Below, in pieces: positions 44,969-54,907 of a DNA stretch of 64,000 bases. A program made the translations under genes and the position numbers. The number at the start of each line of letters is the position of its first letter. The stretch's first letter is position 1. Source of the DNA: Candidatus Latescibacterota bacterium (lineage in GTDB: Bacteria > Latescibacterota > UBA2968); NCBI GenBank assembly GCA_965207885.1, contig OZ242311.1:2368001-2432000 (forward strand), written 5' to 3'. Below the pieces are notes generated by a model that was given only the letters and a program-made list of their open reading frames with translations, had not been told where the DNA came from and made no database searches.

Positions 44969-47497
44969 CTAATGCTCGTTCGAGACACGCTTGTTTTTCG
45001 ACCGTCTTCCATAGTGGAAGCCGATCTCGCGTGTGGCCGTCTCACCACTCACCAGGTCCGTGATTGTCACTTCCAGGACGTTGATACCGGGTTTGGTCTT
45101 GCTCAAATCCAGCTCTACATACTCATTTTCACTCGATTCCGATCCGACCTGCTCGTAGGTCACTGAGACCTGAGGTTTCTTGCTCCTGAGGAGGGATCGG
45201 AACCCAGAGGCAACCATTCCGACAATCCCCACCGAACCTTCGGGGCTGAACCGAACCAGATATTGCACCTTGTAGCGGGTCTGACCAAAAGCGTCTTTAT
45301 TCAGGTTGTAGATCTCGAAATAGGCATAGACCTTCTGATCCGATTTGTAGGCACGGGAGGGCATCGGCACCACCCAGATATTGCCCTTCCGAAATCTGTT
45401 GTTCGATCCTTTATCGCCGATGGCGGAAGCGAGCTCAATGTCGCTCATCTGGAGCGTCATCGACCGGTAGTCCTCAATCTCCAGCGACTGTTTATAGACC
45501 CCGACGTGTCCTGCGATCAGGTCCTTGAGGTGAACCTGAAGTTCGTATTTTCCCGGTGGCACCTGGACCTGAAGCACATCGGGGACAAACGTCCCTTTTG
45601 CCCAGTCGGCTTCTCCGGTATTTCGATAGGAAAACGTATCTGTCGTTCGATAGATGTTGGTGTGGCCTTCGTCCGCCAGTGCCAGTGCAGCCTGCACATG
45701 GATCATCGAACCCGTGTCCTTTTCGACGAATTCTAATTGTTTGGGTGAAATGCCGTAATAGACTTCGAGCGTGGTCTGCCCATCGGGGCCTCGGAAGTCG
45801 GCCAGGTCGTAGTAGAAGTGGAGAGCAGAGCCTCGGAGGCTGGGACGGTAATAGTCCGGGGTTGCGACAACAGTCCTTTCAAAGACGAGTTTGGGCGCAT
45901 ATTCGAGCATTCGCGCCGTGTATTTCAACTGTCTTTGCCCGGCAGGTATCGGGGGAATCGGGGCAAAGTCGTAGGTGCGGTTGCCCAGTTCGTCGGTAAA
46001 GGTAAACTCGATGCCGTTCTGGATCTGTGTATAAGTCCAGGTCTCCCAGGGAACTGTATTGACCTCGTTGTCGATCGTGAGGGGCGTATAGCCCTGGAAA
46101 TTGAGCCGAGTCTTTATATCCAGGATATCATCGGAAAGGCTCCCGAGTTCATCTTCTTGTGGAGTGGGAATATTCTGCAACATAAGGCGATCCAGATCCG
46201 AATCCGTCGATCCCGAAAGCGCTTCAACATTCTCATCATCCAGGATGGGATCTCCAACGGCTGTCCCTTCAGCCATCTGACGAGGGTCAACGGTGATGTC
46301 ATCGGACAGAGCGTCACGGCGCGTCCGGACCGGGAAGACCGGTCCGGTAAAAGTCAAATAGTTGGCCTCGGGTCCATACATATCCACCGCCATCCGGGTG
46401 CGCACGGCCTCAACTTCGGCATTCACACTGAGTTGCCTCAGGTCGGACCGCGACCTGAAGTCGGGCTCCCCATAGCGGATATAGACCTCTCCCCGCCGGT
46501 CCCAGGGATGGGGTCCCGCAGCGAAGAAGGTGCGGGCATACCACACCCGGCGGTAGTGCTCGATGATACGCTCGTTGATAGGGGTCAGGATATCGGAATC
46601 CCGACGCATCCAGAACTGCTCCAGATAGGCCTGGCGCTTCGCTGCTTCAGCGATAGCCCGATAATCGTCGAGTTCTTTCCTGGAGGCCACGAGTGAGATA
46701 TCCGTATAGATCTGGCGTTCCCCTTCGTTCAGGTTCTGTAGATAGCGTTCGAAGTACTCCAGGGCTGATTCGAAGCGCTCATGGAAGAAATAGCCCTGGG
46801 CCACCAGGGGCAGGAGCCGGAACTCCTGGGGATTGGCCTCAAGGTAAGGGATGAGGTAGGTGTTAATCTTGTCATATTGCCTGGCCCGCACGCAGGAAAG
46901 CCCGAATGCGTAGAGGCCATCCGGGTCATTGGACTCCAGTTTAACGTATTTTAAATAGTATCCAATCGCCTTTTGGTGATCCCCCCGAAAGTGTTCGTAG
47001 GCCTCTCCGAGAAGCAAGTAGGCCGGGGCGTAAGCCGAATCGATCTTGGCCGCCCGCTTGCCCTCGCCCACAGCACGTCGGAAATTGTAGAAGGCCGCCA
47101 GTCCTTTGCCAGGCATCTTGACGTGGGTCAGCCCCAAACCCACGCGGGCATTGGGGAGGTTGGGATCGAGTTCCCTGGCCGCTGCGAAGGCATCTTTGGC
47201 TACCTCGAAGTCTTCCTTCTTGAGGGCAGCGTAGCCGAGCCGGATCTGAAGGGCGGCGTCTTTCGGGTATGCCTCGGCCAGGCGGGCAAATGTATCAACG
47301 GCCTTGCCCAACTCGTTCGCTCGCATCTGTTGCTCTCCCAGGGCGATCATAGAGTCCCGCTCGGCTTTGGAGAGGACTTGTGGTGCCGCCTCGGACGGTA
47401 GATCCTGGGCAGAGATGGCAAGTGTGAGGATCCAGATTGACGTCCAGGGGACCCAAAAAGAGAAAGTAAAACGCCGAAATCCGACAGAAACTCCCAT
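44969..47497 (-). CDS. TPR + GWxTD-domain protein
   Basis: Signal peptide, TPRs, FWMRRD...EHYRRV...PWDRRGEVYIRYGEPD; start by SD GGAGG. Confidence 0.78.
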   Translation of the reverse strand: MGVSVGFRRFTFSFWVPWTSIWILTLAISAQDLPSEAAPQVLSKAERDSMIALGEQQMRANELGKAVDTFARLAEAYPKDAALQIRLGYAALKKEDFEVAKDAFAAARELDPNLPNARVGLGLTHVKMPGKGLAAFYNFRRAVGEGKRAAKIDSAYAPAYLLLGEAYEHFRGDHQKAIGYYLKYVKLESNDPDGLYAFGLSCVRARQYDKINTYLIPYLEANPQEFRLLPLVAQGYFFHERFESALEYFERYLQNLNEGERQIYTDISLVASRKELDDYRAIAEAAKRQAYLEQFWMRRDSDILTPINERIIEHYRRVWYARTFFAAGPHPWDRRGEVYIRYGEPDFRSRSDLRQLSVNAEVEAVRTRMAVDMYGPEANYLTFTGPVFPVRTRRDALSDDITVDPRQMAEGTAVGDPILDDENVEALSGSTDSDLDRLMLQNIPTPQEDELGSLSDDILDIKTRLNFQGYTPLTIDNEVNTVPWETWTYTQIQNGIEFTFTDELGNRTYDFAPIPPIPAGQRQLKYTARMLEYAPKLVFERTVVATPDYYRPSLRGSALHFYYDLADFRGPDGQTTLEVYYGISPKQLEFVEKDTGSMIHVQAALALADEGHTNIYRTTDTFSYRNTGEADWAKGTFVPDVLQVQVPPGKYELQVHLKDLIAGHVGVYKQSLEIEDYRSMTLQMSDIELASAIGDKGSNNRFRKGNIWVVPMPSRAYKSDQKVYAYFEIYNLNKDAFGQTRYKVQYLVRFSPEGSVGIVGMVASGFRSLLRSKKPQVSVTYEQVGSESSENEYVELDLSKTKPGINVLEVTITDLVSGETATREIGFHYGRRSKNKRVSNEH

Positions 47498-47816
47498 TGT
47501 ACACCTCCACTCTCTACACCGGTGGGATCTTGACTGTGAAGATGGATCCTTTTCCAACTGCCATCATATTTCCAGGGCTTCAGAATAATATAAGGTTTGC
47601 TAACAGGGGAAGTCAAGCGGCAGGTACAATCCGGTCTCGTTATATTGCTGTGTCCTCGTGAAGTCCTGGATGAAAAAACTCCTTTTGAAATTTTTTAAAA
47701 AAAGCTAACTTAAACCAAAGACTGTCAGGCCGGGTTTCCCAGGTACACTCTTGACGCGAAATCTATTCAGTTGGAGACGAGGCCCACCATATAAGTAATC
47801 GTTTAACTGGACATTA

Positions 47817-49013
47817 GTGAATATGCAGAAGCTCACTGTTTCACGAGATGACGAAGTCTATGAGGCTTTTGCCGACATTGCCCGGACGCTGGATGGCATC
47901 CTCGTCTGCACTTACCGCGAGAGCCTGGCTCATGGCCCCTGGCCCTTCTCGCGGATCGTAGTGCGCCACAGCGAGGACGGTGGCTACACCTGGCAGCCCA
48001 GGCAAGTAGTCATTGAGAAGGATGGCGAGAAGGGGGAAGGGCGACTGAACTGTTCCCGCATCACAGTCTGCCGGGATGGAACCCTGTTGCTGATCGTAGA
48101 TTTCTATGCGCCCGGTCGGGACCGGTTGGTGAATCCGGTCGAGAACCTGCTGTTCTGGAGCAGTGATTCGGGCCGGACCTGGGAAGGGCCTGTAGAGACG
48201 GGCATCACCGATGGGATCGTGCCTTCCATCAAGGAGCTCTCCAACGGCGATCTGCTCGTCGGTGTGACCCGTCAGCGTTCTACGGACGGGAGGCTCTCCG
48301 GCCTGAAGGAGGAGCAGACAATCTATCGTTCCGGCGACGGTGGTCGAACCTGGGAGGGACCCTCAGTAGTTCCAGCCCCGCCTTACCTGCGGCTAAACGA
48401 AGGCGATTTTGCCGAACTGGACGATGGCACGGTGGTCTGCTATATGCGTGAAGATGGGGAGCGGTTCACGGGTTGGAAGAGTACTTCGGACGACGGTGGT
48501 CGCACATGGTCTGAAGCCTTTCGCAGCCAGATGCACTCCTGCCTGGGCCGTCCATCGGTCGGCCGGGTTCGGTCTGGCGAGATCGTAGTCACCTACCGCT
48601 TCTGCTCTGCTGTATCCACCAGCCTGGCCCTGTATGTAGAGACTACCGCCGAGGCGGTTCGCCGAGACGATCCGAACCCGAATGATTACGCGACCGACTA
48701 TCGCCAGGCCAGGTTCGCCTTTCTGGACAATGACCGCAGCCTTCATCCCGATAGCGGCTATTCCGGGTGGGTGCAACTCCCCAGCGGCGATCTGTACGTG
48801 GTCAATTACATTACCGATGACGCCCCCCGAGCTTTTATTCGGGGCTACATTGTCTCTCGTCATGATTGGTTTTTGTTTCCGGAAGGCGCTGTGCCGTGGC
48901 TGCACCCATCATCCGCCCAGCCCTATGTGGAGCTGTCCGCCGAGTGGACCCGGAAGCAGCATGAGCGCAACCGGACGCAGGACTGGTCGCGCTATGTGCC
49001 CACACAGAAGTAA
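47817..49013 (+). CDS. BNR/Asp-box beta-propeller, sialidase-like protein
   Basis: Four Asp boxes: SEDGGYTW, SSDSGRTW, SGDGGRTW, SDDGGRTW; DSGY. Confidence 0.82.
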   Translation: MNMQKLTVSRDDEVYEAFADIARTLDGILVCTYRESLAHGPWPFSRIVVRHSEDGGYTWQPRQVVIEKDGEKGEGRLNCSRITVCRDGTLLLIVDFYAPGRDRLVNPVENLLFWSSDSGRTWEGPVETGITDGIVPSIKELSNGDLLVGVTRQRSTDGRLSGLKEEQTIYRSGDGGRTWEGPSVVPAPPYLRLNEGDFAELDDGTVVCYMREDGERFTGWKSTSDDGGRTWSEAFRSQMHSCLGRPSVGRVRSGEIVVTYRFCSAVSTSLALYVETTAEAVRRDDPNPNDYATDYRQARFAFLDNDRSLHPDSGYSGWVQLPSGDLYVVNYITDDAPRAFIRGYIVSRHDWFLFPEGAVPWLHPSSAQPYVELSAEWTRKQHERNRTQDWSRYVPTQK

Positions 49014-49114
49014 GGAATATTGGCACTCGATTTGCCATTATCTATGTTTTGCAATGCAGGTCCCCATCAGTTGCGCTATCTGGCGGGGATTTTCTATACA
49101 TGTGGTGGAGAATA

Positions 49115-51181
49115 ATGATCCGGAATATTCTGCATATAGGAATGGGTGTGGGTGTGGTCTTTTTGGGACTGGTCGCCCTGGTGGAGTTACTGGGGTATGT
49201 GACCTGGTACCTGATGCCCAGGGATGCGGAGTCAATGCAACAGGCGTCTGAGTTTGAGGCGATTATGGGCAGGCTGGTGCAAAGTCCCACAGAGGGAGCT
49301 ATACAGGTTGTGGTGCCAGACCGACATCCTAAGACAGCAAAAGCCGTGCATCGGGTGATGGAATGGCCGGAGAGAAGGGGACGGCAGTTTCGGGAAGCCC
49401 CAATGCTTCAAAAGAGGGTGGCGGTGGGTGAGTTGCCACCAGTTGAGGAACGGCTGCCGGAAAATCCGCTGGTGATCGTGCCGCCCCATCAGAATGGGCC
49501 TTATGGAGGCACCTGGACGCGGTTTGCAACGGGACCGAGAGATATAGGCATCGTGGAGGCGCGATTTGCTTATGAAGGATTGGTGAGATGGGATCCGATG
49601 GGGCAGAAAATTCTTCCCAATCTGGCAACGCACTGGGAGATAGCCGATGGGGGACGAACGTACACATTCTGGCTGCGAAAGGGGGTGCGCTGGTCAGATG
49701 GACATCCCTTTACAGTAGAGGATATTTTCTTCTGGCATGAAAATGTGTTGCGTAACGAGGAACTGACACCGGTGGTGGCGCGGGATTTTCAGCGGGGAGG
49801 CGAGGTGATGGCGATAGAGAAAGTCGATGCGTACACGGTGCGTTTTCGCTTCAAGCGACCCAATGGTCTTTTTTTGAAATTGCTGGCGTGGGGGCGCGGA
49901 TACGAAATGTTGCGGTATCCGGCGCATTATATGGCGCAGTTTCATCCGCGGTATGTGCCGCTGGAGAAATTGGAATCGATGGCGGGGGAACACGGTTTTG
50001 ATTTCTGGCACCAGCTTTTTCAAGACAAGCGGGACTGGCGGAACCCGGATATTCCCAGGCTGTGGCCGTGGGTTGTCGTGGCGCCGCCACCGGCTCGTCC
50101 TTCTGTATTCGAGCGCAATCCCTATTATTGGAAGGTGGATCCAGAGGGGAACCAGCTTCCTTATATTGATCGTATGACTTTTGAGATTTACGACCGCGAG
50201 ACGATCAATCTCAAAGCGATCAACGGGGAGATCGGGATGCAGGGGAGGCACATTCTGATCGAAAATTATTCTTTGTTTATGGAGAATCAGTCGCGTGGAG
50301 GGTACCGGGTGTTGCACTGGATTACTGGAGGGACCGGGGGAGAGTGTGTTGCACTGAATTTGAACCATAAGGATCCGGTGATGCGCGAAATTATATGGGA
50401 CCGTCGGTTCCGCATTGCGCTGTCATATGCGATTGATCGGGAGGCGATTAACGAGGTCGGTGGGTTTGGTATCGGTCAGCCCAGACAACCGGCGCCTTTG
50501 CAGACATCGGTGCATTATTCAGAGGCTTTTGAAAAAGCATATATCGAATATGAGCCGGATAAGGCCAACGCGCTTTTGGACGATATGGGGCTGGTGGAGA
50601 GAGATCGGTCCGGTATGCGATTGCGTCCGGATGGCAAGCCGATCAGGGTGGCAATTGAAACGATGTCGATCAACAATCGGGTGCTGGAATTGGTGGCGAA
50701 TTATTGGACGGCGGTTGGGGTGAAGACGGAGATCAAAGAGGAAGCCCGACAGCTTTATTACGAGCGAAGAAAGGCATTGATACACGATGCGGCAACTGCG
50801 GGGGGTGAGGTTCAGAACCCACTTTTGGAGCCGCGCCTGTTTGTCCCTTATAATGTGGGATCGAGCCATGCGATTGGGTTCACGCATTGGCTTTTGACCA
50901 ATGGAAAACGGGGGGAGACGCCCACGGGAGATATGCGGCGCTGCATTGAACTGTTCTGGCAGATTGAGGAGACACCGGACGAGGCCGAACAAATTCGGCT
51001 ATTTGGAGAGATTATAGAGCTGAATCGGAAAAATCTCTGGGTGATTGGAACAATCGGGAGTATGCCTTCGATTATGCTGGTACACAATACATTTCGGAAT
51101 GTGCCGGAGGTCGCCATGGCATCGTGGTCAGTTCGCACGCCCGCGAATACGGCGGTTGAGTGTTATGCGATTGAGCCATAG
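49115..51181 (+). CDS. ABC substrate-binding protein family 5 (peptide/oligosaccharide)
   Basis: GELPPVEERLPENP, LRKGVRWSDGHPFT, ERNPYYWKVDPEGNQLPYID. Confidence 0.88.
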   Translation: MIRNILHIGMGVGVVFLGLVALVELLGYVTWYLMPRDAESMQQASEFEAIMGRLVQSPTEGAIQVVVPDRHPKTAKAVHRVMEWPERRGRQFREAPMLQKRVAVGELPPVEERLPENPLVIVPPHQNGPYGGTWTRFATGPRDIGIVEARFAYEGLVRWDPMGQKILPNLATHWEIADGGRTYTFWLRKGVRWSDGHPFTVEDIFFWHENVLRNEELTPVVARDFQRGGEVMAIEKVDAYTVRFRFKRPNGLFLKLLAWGRGYEMLRYPAHYMAQFHPRYVPLEKLESMAGEHGFDFWHQLFQDKRDWRNPDIPRLWPWVVVAPPPARPSVFERNPYYWKVDPEGNQLPYIDRMTFEIYDRETINLKAINGEIGMQGRHILIENYSLFMENQSRGGYRVLHWITGGTGGECVALNLNHKDPVMREIIWDRRFRIALSYAIDREAINEVGGFGIGQPRQPAPLQTSVHYSEAFEKAYIEYEPDKANALLDDMGLVERDRSGMRLRPDGKPIRVAIETMSINNRVLELVANYWTAVGVKTEIKEEARQLYYERRKALIHDAATAGGEVQNPLLEPRLFVPYNVGSSHAIGFTHWLLTNGKRGETPTGDMRRCIELFWQIEETPDEAEQIRLFGEIIELNRKNLWVIGTIGSMPSIMLVHNTFRNVPEVAMASWSVRTPANTAVECYAIEP

Positions 51182-51195
51182 CCCGTACAGGGTGA

Positions 51196-52968
51196 TTACT
51201 CTTCCAGTGCCGAAAGTTGAGCGGTTTGTTCAATTTTACCATCGACAATGCCCATGTATCCAATTAGCATTTCGTCAAAACTTTGCTCACCCCAGCGAAC
51301 CGTTGCGGATGGATCGGGGTTGAGTTTGTTTTTTGCCGAGTTGTCAAAGACGGCATGGCTGACTATGCGCGTTCCAGCGGGCAGGTGTTTGGGGGTTGAG
51401 AGGGCGTAGAACCGCTGCCAGTTGAACGTGTAATTTGGCACGGAGAGCAGGGTTTCGCGGGTTCCATCGGGAAAATGTGCCACATAGCGGAAGCCCGCGC
51501 CCCGGAAGTGCATGTGGGGGAAGAGGGTGTAGAGGGTGGCATCCTGTTCAAAGATTTTTACGGATGAATCGCGATGGGCACTCGCATGCGGTGGGATTTT
51601 AATTTTCGGATTGGCGGGACCGACCACGCGGTGTTCGCGCAGGTTTTGTGCGTCGGTGAAATACAACCCGAGTTTGCTTTCATCCACTTCGGGGCGTCCT
51701 GTGGTCGTGTAGTGGATTTGAAACTGGATTCTGCTCCCTTTGGGGAGTAGTTGCGCCGTGCCTTTGGGCAGCATGACACCGTCCATGCCCGGTACATAAG
51801 AGGCAAAGATGCCGTCTAACCACCGGTTCTTTTTGACGGTTTTCATTTTGTGCCCTTTGGGATAGATCACGCGTGCCAGTGCGTGGTGCATGGCGGCGCG
51901 ATTTCCCGGCAGAAATTCGGTGCCGCGCACTCGCACATCGCGGTCTATGGGCACTGTAATTTTGAGATAGCGATAGTCGATAATGCCGGTTGCGGGGATT
52001 TCTTGCCGTTCCAATGCGATGACCAGGTCGGGCTCTCCATAAGCCCATGTTGTGGCTTGTGTCGGGTTTTCGGATAGTGGGTCAGGGCCATCGCCGCGGG
52101 GCGATCCGGCTTCGATCCAGTGAACGAGGGTTTGTTCTTCTTGTTGTGTGAGCGACAGGTCGTTGCTGAATGTGCCTATGTGTGGGTCTGCATGCCAGGG
52201 GGGCATGCGGCGTGTGCGCACGACTTCGCGCATCATTGGAGACCAGCCCGCGACTTCTTTGTGATCGGTCATGTCAAAGGGGGCTATGCCGCCGGTTTGG
52301 TGACAGGTGACGCATTTGTTTCGCAAAATGGGTGCGATCTGCTTGGCATAAGAGATCTGTTTGTGTTGTGCGCGGTTTTTGCCCGGCAGGGCAATCAGGC
52401 AGCCGGGTGATGCAACGGCTTTGACGGCGATTTTTTCACCTTTGAGATGGGTGATGAGTGCATCGGCGAGATAATGGTTGGATGCACTGGGTTTTTGCGC
52501 TTCGTAATTCAGACGATCGTCGATGGGACCCCGGTAGGGGATGTGCCATGTTTTGGGATCGATGACAAGTGCCTCAGCCGTGCGGTGCAGGTCGAGCGAT
52601 TCGGCGACGAGTTGCGTTTCGTCAATGAGGATGGGATAGTCGATGGAGAAGGCGTCGGCTTCCTCGCGTACGCTTTCGCGGTCGTCTTGTAAGTTGGCAT
52701 TGAGCATTAAAAATTGTACGCCTTTAGGCGCGTATTCATCGCGTATTGCGTTGAGGTCGTGCACAGCATTGCGCACAATCGGGCAACCATTACCCTGGAC
52801 GAATAAGACGATGGCAGATGCATCTGAGTACTCGTGGAGTGTGTGGAATTCGCCGTTCTGGTCATAAAGGCCAAAATCGTCAACGACAATATCCACGGAT
52901 TGTGGTGTTTCGGGAATGGCAGAACAGCCGATGAAGAGACAGGATAGGATGTACAATAGGTGTTTCAT
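51196..52968 (-). CDS. lipoprotein: redoxin + c-type cytochrome + copper type II monooxygenase-like domains
   Basis: Lipobox FIGC; GCP redoxin, YRGPIDD; CVTCH; HH, HY, PHMH, DEM. Confidence 0.8.
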   Translation of the reverse strand: MKHLLYILSCLFIGCSAIPETPQSVDIVVDDFGLYDQNGEFHTLHEYSDASAIVLFVQGNGCPIVRNAVHDLNAIRDEYAPKGVQFLMLNANLQDDRESVREEADAFSIDYPILIDETQLVAESLDLHRTAEALVIDPKTWHIPYRGPIDDRLNYEAQKPSASNHYLADALITHLKGEKIAVKAVASPGCLIALPGKNRAQHKQISYAKQIAPILRNKCVTCHQTGGIAPFDMTDHKEVAGWSPMMREVVRTRRMPPWHADPHIGTFSNDLSLTQQEEQTLVHWIEAGSPRGDGPDPLSENPTQATTWAYGEPDLVIALERQEIPATGIIDYRYLKITVPIDRDVRVRGTEFLPGNRAAMHHALARVIYPKGHKMKTVKKNRWLDGIFASYVPGMDGVMLPKGTAQLLPKGSRIQFQIHYTTTGRPEVDESKLGLYFTDAQNLREHRVVGPANPKIKIPPHASAHRDSSVKIFEQDATLYTLFPHMHFRGAGFRYVAHFPDGTRETLLSVPNYTFNWQRFYALSTPKHLPAGTRIVSHAVFDNSAKNKLNPDPSATVRWGEQSFDEMLIGYMGIVDGKIEQTAQLSALEE

Positions 52969-52979
52969 AATATCTCCAT

Positions 52980-53882
52980 TTAAAACTCTCTACTTCGCAA
53001 CAATTCCAGTACGCGCTCGAGGTCGTCATTGCTGTAAAATTCGATTTCGATTTTGCCTTTGGAGCCTCTGCGGCTGATGTTGACCGCTGTGCCAAAATAA
53101 CGCTGGAGATCTTCTTCGAGAAATAGCAAGTTGGGGTCTTTGGGTGGCGTGGATTTTTTGGGCGTGGTGTCTTCTTTGAGTGCTTTGACGAGGGCTTCTG
53201 TGCGGCGAACCGATAATTCCTGTGCAATAATCCGCTGGCATAGGGCAATTTGTTGTTCCGCGTTGTCAAGGCCCAGCAGTGCGCGGGCGTGACCTGCAGA
53301 TATCTGCCCGGCTTGGAGTGCGTCGAGGACTTCTGGTGTCAATGCGAGGAGGCGCAAGGTGTTGGCAATGGTCGAGCGGTCTTTGCCCACATGTTCGGCA
53401 ACTTCTTCCTGTGTTAGAAAACACTCCTCTATGAGCATGCGATAGGCTTTGGCTTCTTCTATGGGGTTGAGATTTTCCCGCTGGATGTTTTCTATCAGCG
53501 AGAGTTCCATCATTTCCTGGTCTGTCCCCACATCCATAACAATCGCAGGTACGACCGCGAGTTCGGCCTGACGCGCTGCGCGGAAACGTCGCTCGCCTGC
53601 GATCAGTTGATAGCCCGAGCCAAAGCGGCGCACAGAAACAGGCTGTATGATGCCTTTTTCGCGGATTGATTGCGCCAATTCTCCCACGGCTTTGGGATCG
53701 AATTCCGTGCGTGGCTGGTGGGGATTAGGTTCAATATCATCAATGGGTATTTCGATGATTTGCCGTTGGGTCTGTCCCGTAGGCGAAGGAGCAATTTCCG
53801 ATGTGATTTTTTCGGCAGGAGCTGTATCTGCACCGGGAATCAGGGCGCCCAATCCCTTGCCGAGGGCATTGCGTTTAGCCAT
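52980..53882 (-). CDS. parB: chromosome partitioning protein ParB/Spo0J
   Basis: [37 protein letters not shown]. Confidence 0.95.
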   Translation of the reverse strand: MAKRNALGKGLGALIPGADTAPAEKITSEIAPSPTGQTQRQIIEIPIDDIEPNPHQPRTEFDPKAVGELAQSIREKGIIQPVSVRRFGSGYQLIAGERRFRAARQAELAVVPAIVMDVGTDQEMMELSLIENIQRENLNPIEEAKAYRMLIEECFLTQEEVAEHVGKDRSTIANTLRLLALTPEVLDALQAGQISAGHARALLGLDNAEQQIALCQRIIAQELSVRRTEALVKALKEDTTPKKSTPPKDPNLLFLEEDLQRYFGTAVNISRRGSKGKIEIEFYSNDDLERVLELLRSREF

Positions 53883-54636
53883 TGATGACCTCCCCGGCTA
53901 AGTTCATGTAATTTTGCGCGCCGGTAGATATAATATCGTAGAGGATGATGGGTTTGCCAAAGCTGGGTGCTTCGCCGAGTTTGACATTGCGAGTGATAAT
54001 CGTGTTATAGACGCGGTCGCCAAAATGCGATTTGGTTTCTTCGGCAACCTGGCGCGCCAGATTGAGACGTCCGTCGTACATTGTGAGCAGTACGCCTTCA
54101 ATGGCGAGATGGGGGTTGAGGTGTTGCTGCACGAGGCGCAGGGTGTTGAGCAATTTGCTCAGGCCCTCGAGCGCGTAGTATTCGCATTGTATGGGAATGA
54201 GCACGGAGTCGGCTGCCGTCAGCGCGTTGAGCGTGAGCAATCCCAGTGAGGGAGGGCAGTCGATGATGATGAAGTCGTAGGTTTCGCGCGCTTGCGAGAG
54301 GGCATTTTTGAGTCGTTGTTCGCGCGAAATGATGGAGACCATTTCCACTTCGGCACCAGTGAGGCGAATGTGAGATGGCGCTATGCTGAGAAAGGGCAGG
54401 TCGCTCTGATAGATGACTTCCATTAAAGGTACGTCTTCGAGGAGTACTTCGTACACACAGGGCGTTTGTTCATCTACCTCAATGCCACATCCGCTGGACG
54501 CGTTGGCCTGTGGGTCTATGTCGAGTAGCAGGGTTTTCTTTTCAGCAGTAGCCAGACACGCAGATAGGTTGACGGCTGTGGTGGTTTTGCCCACGCCGCC
54601 TTTTTGATTGGCTATGGCAATGACCCGTGCAGACAT
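53875..54636 (-). CDS. parA: chromosome partitioning ATPase ParA/Soj
   Basis: [29 protein letters not shown]. Confidence 0.95.
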   Translation of the reverse strand: MSARVIAIANQKGGVGKTTTAVNLSACLATAEKKTLLLDIDPQANASSGCGIEVDEQTPCVYEVLLEDVPLMEVIYQSDLPFLSIAPSHIRLTGAEVEMVSIISREQRLKNALSQARETYDFIIIDCPPSLGLLTLNALTAADSVLIPIQCEYYALEGLSKLLNTLRLVQQHLNPHLAIEGVLLTMYDGRLNLARQVAEETKSHFGDRVYNTIITRNVKLGEAPSFGKPIILYDIISTGAQNYMNLAGEVING

Positions 54637-54907
54637 CCAAAACCCCGTAAATTTACATATAAATAAAAATATTCAAGTTCTCGAAATATAGTGTACGCAC
54701 GGGGGAAAATCAAGCACGGGTGTTTGTTTTGCCTTGACATAGGTTGGGAAGTCGCAAATATTTATTTTTTCCCTGGGCCACGTGGATCGCCGCGAAGAGG
54801 GGCGTTGGGAAAACAATGTGTTCTGCCGTTAGTCTGGACACTTTGTTTTAGCTATAGAAGGCAGAAAATGAAAGTATTGCGTTCATACTCGAAAGAAAAA
54901 GTGGTTC

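Noticed and set aside
54773-54788. parS-like sequence TGGGCCACGTGGATCG upstream of parA (also a half site at ~47837)
   Set aside because: At least 4 mismatches to TGTTNCACGTGAAACA-type consensus.
54730-54907. Cobalamin or TPP riboswitch before the TonB receptor
   Set aside because: Conserved B12-box and TPP motifs not found.
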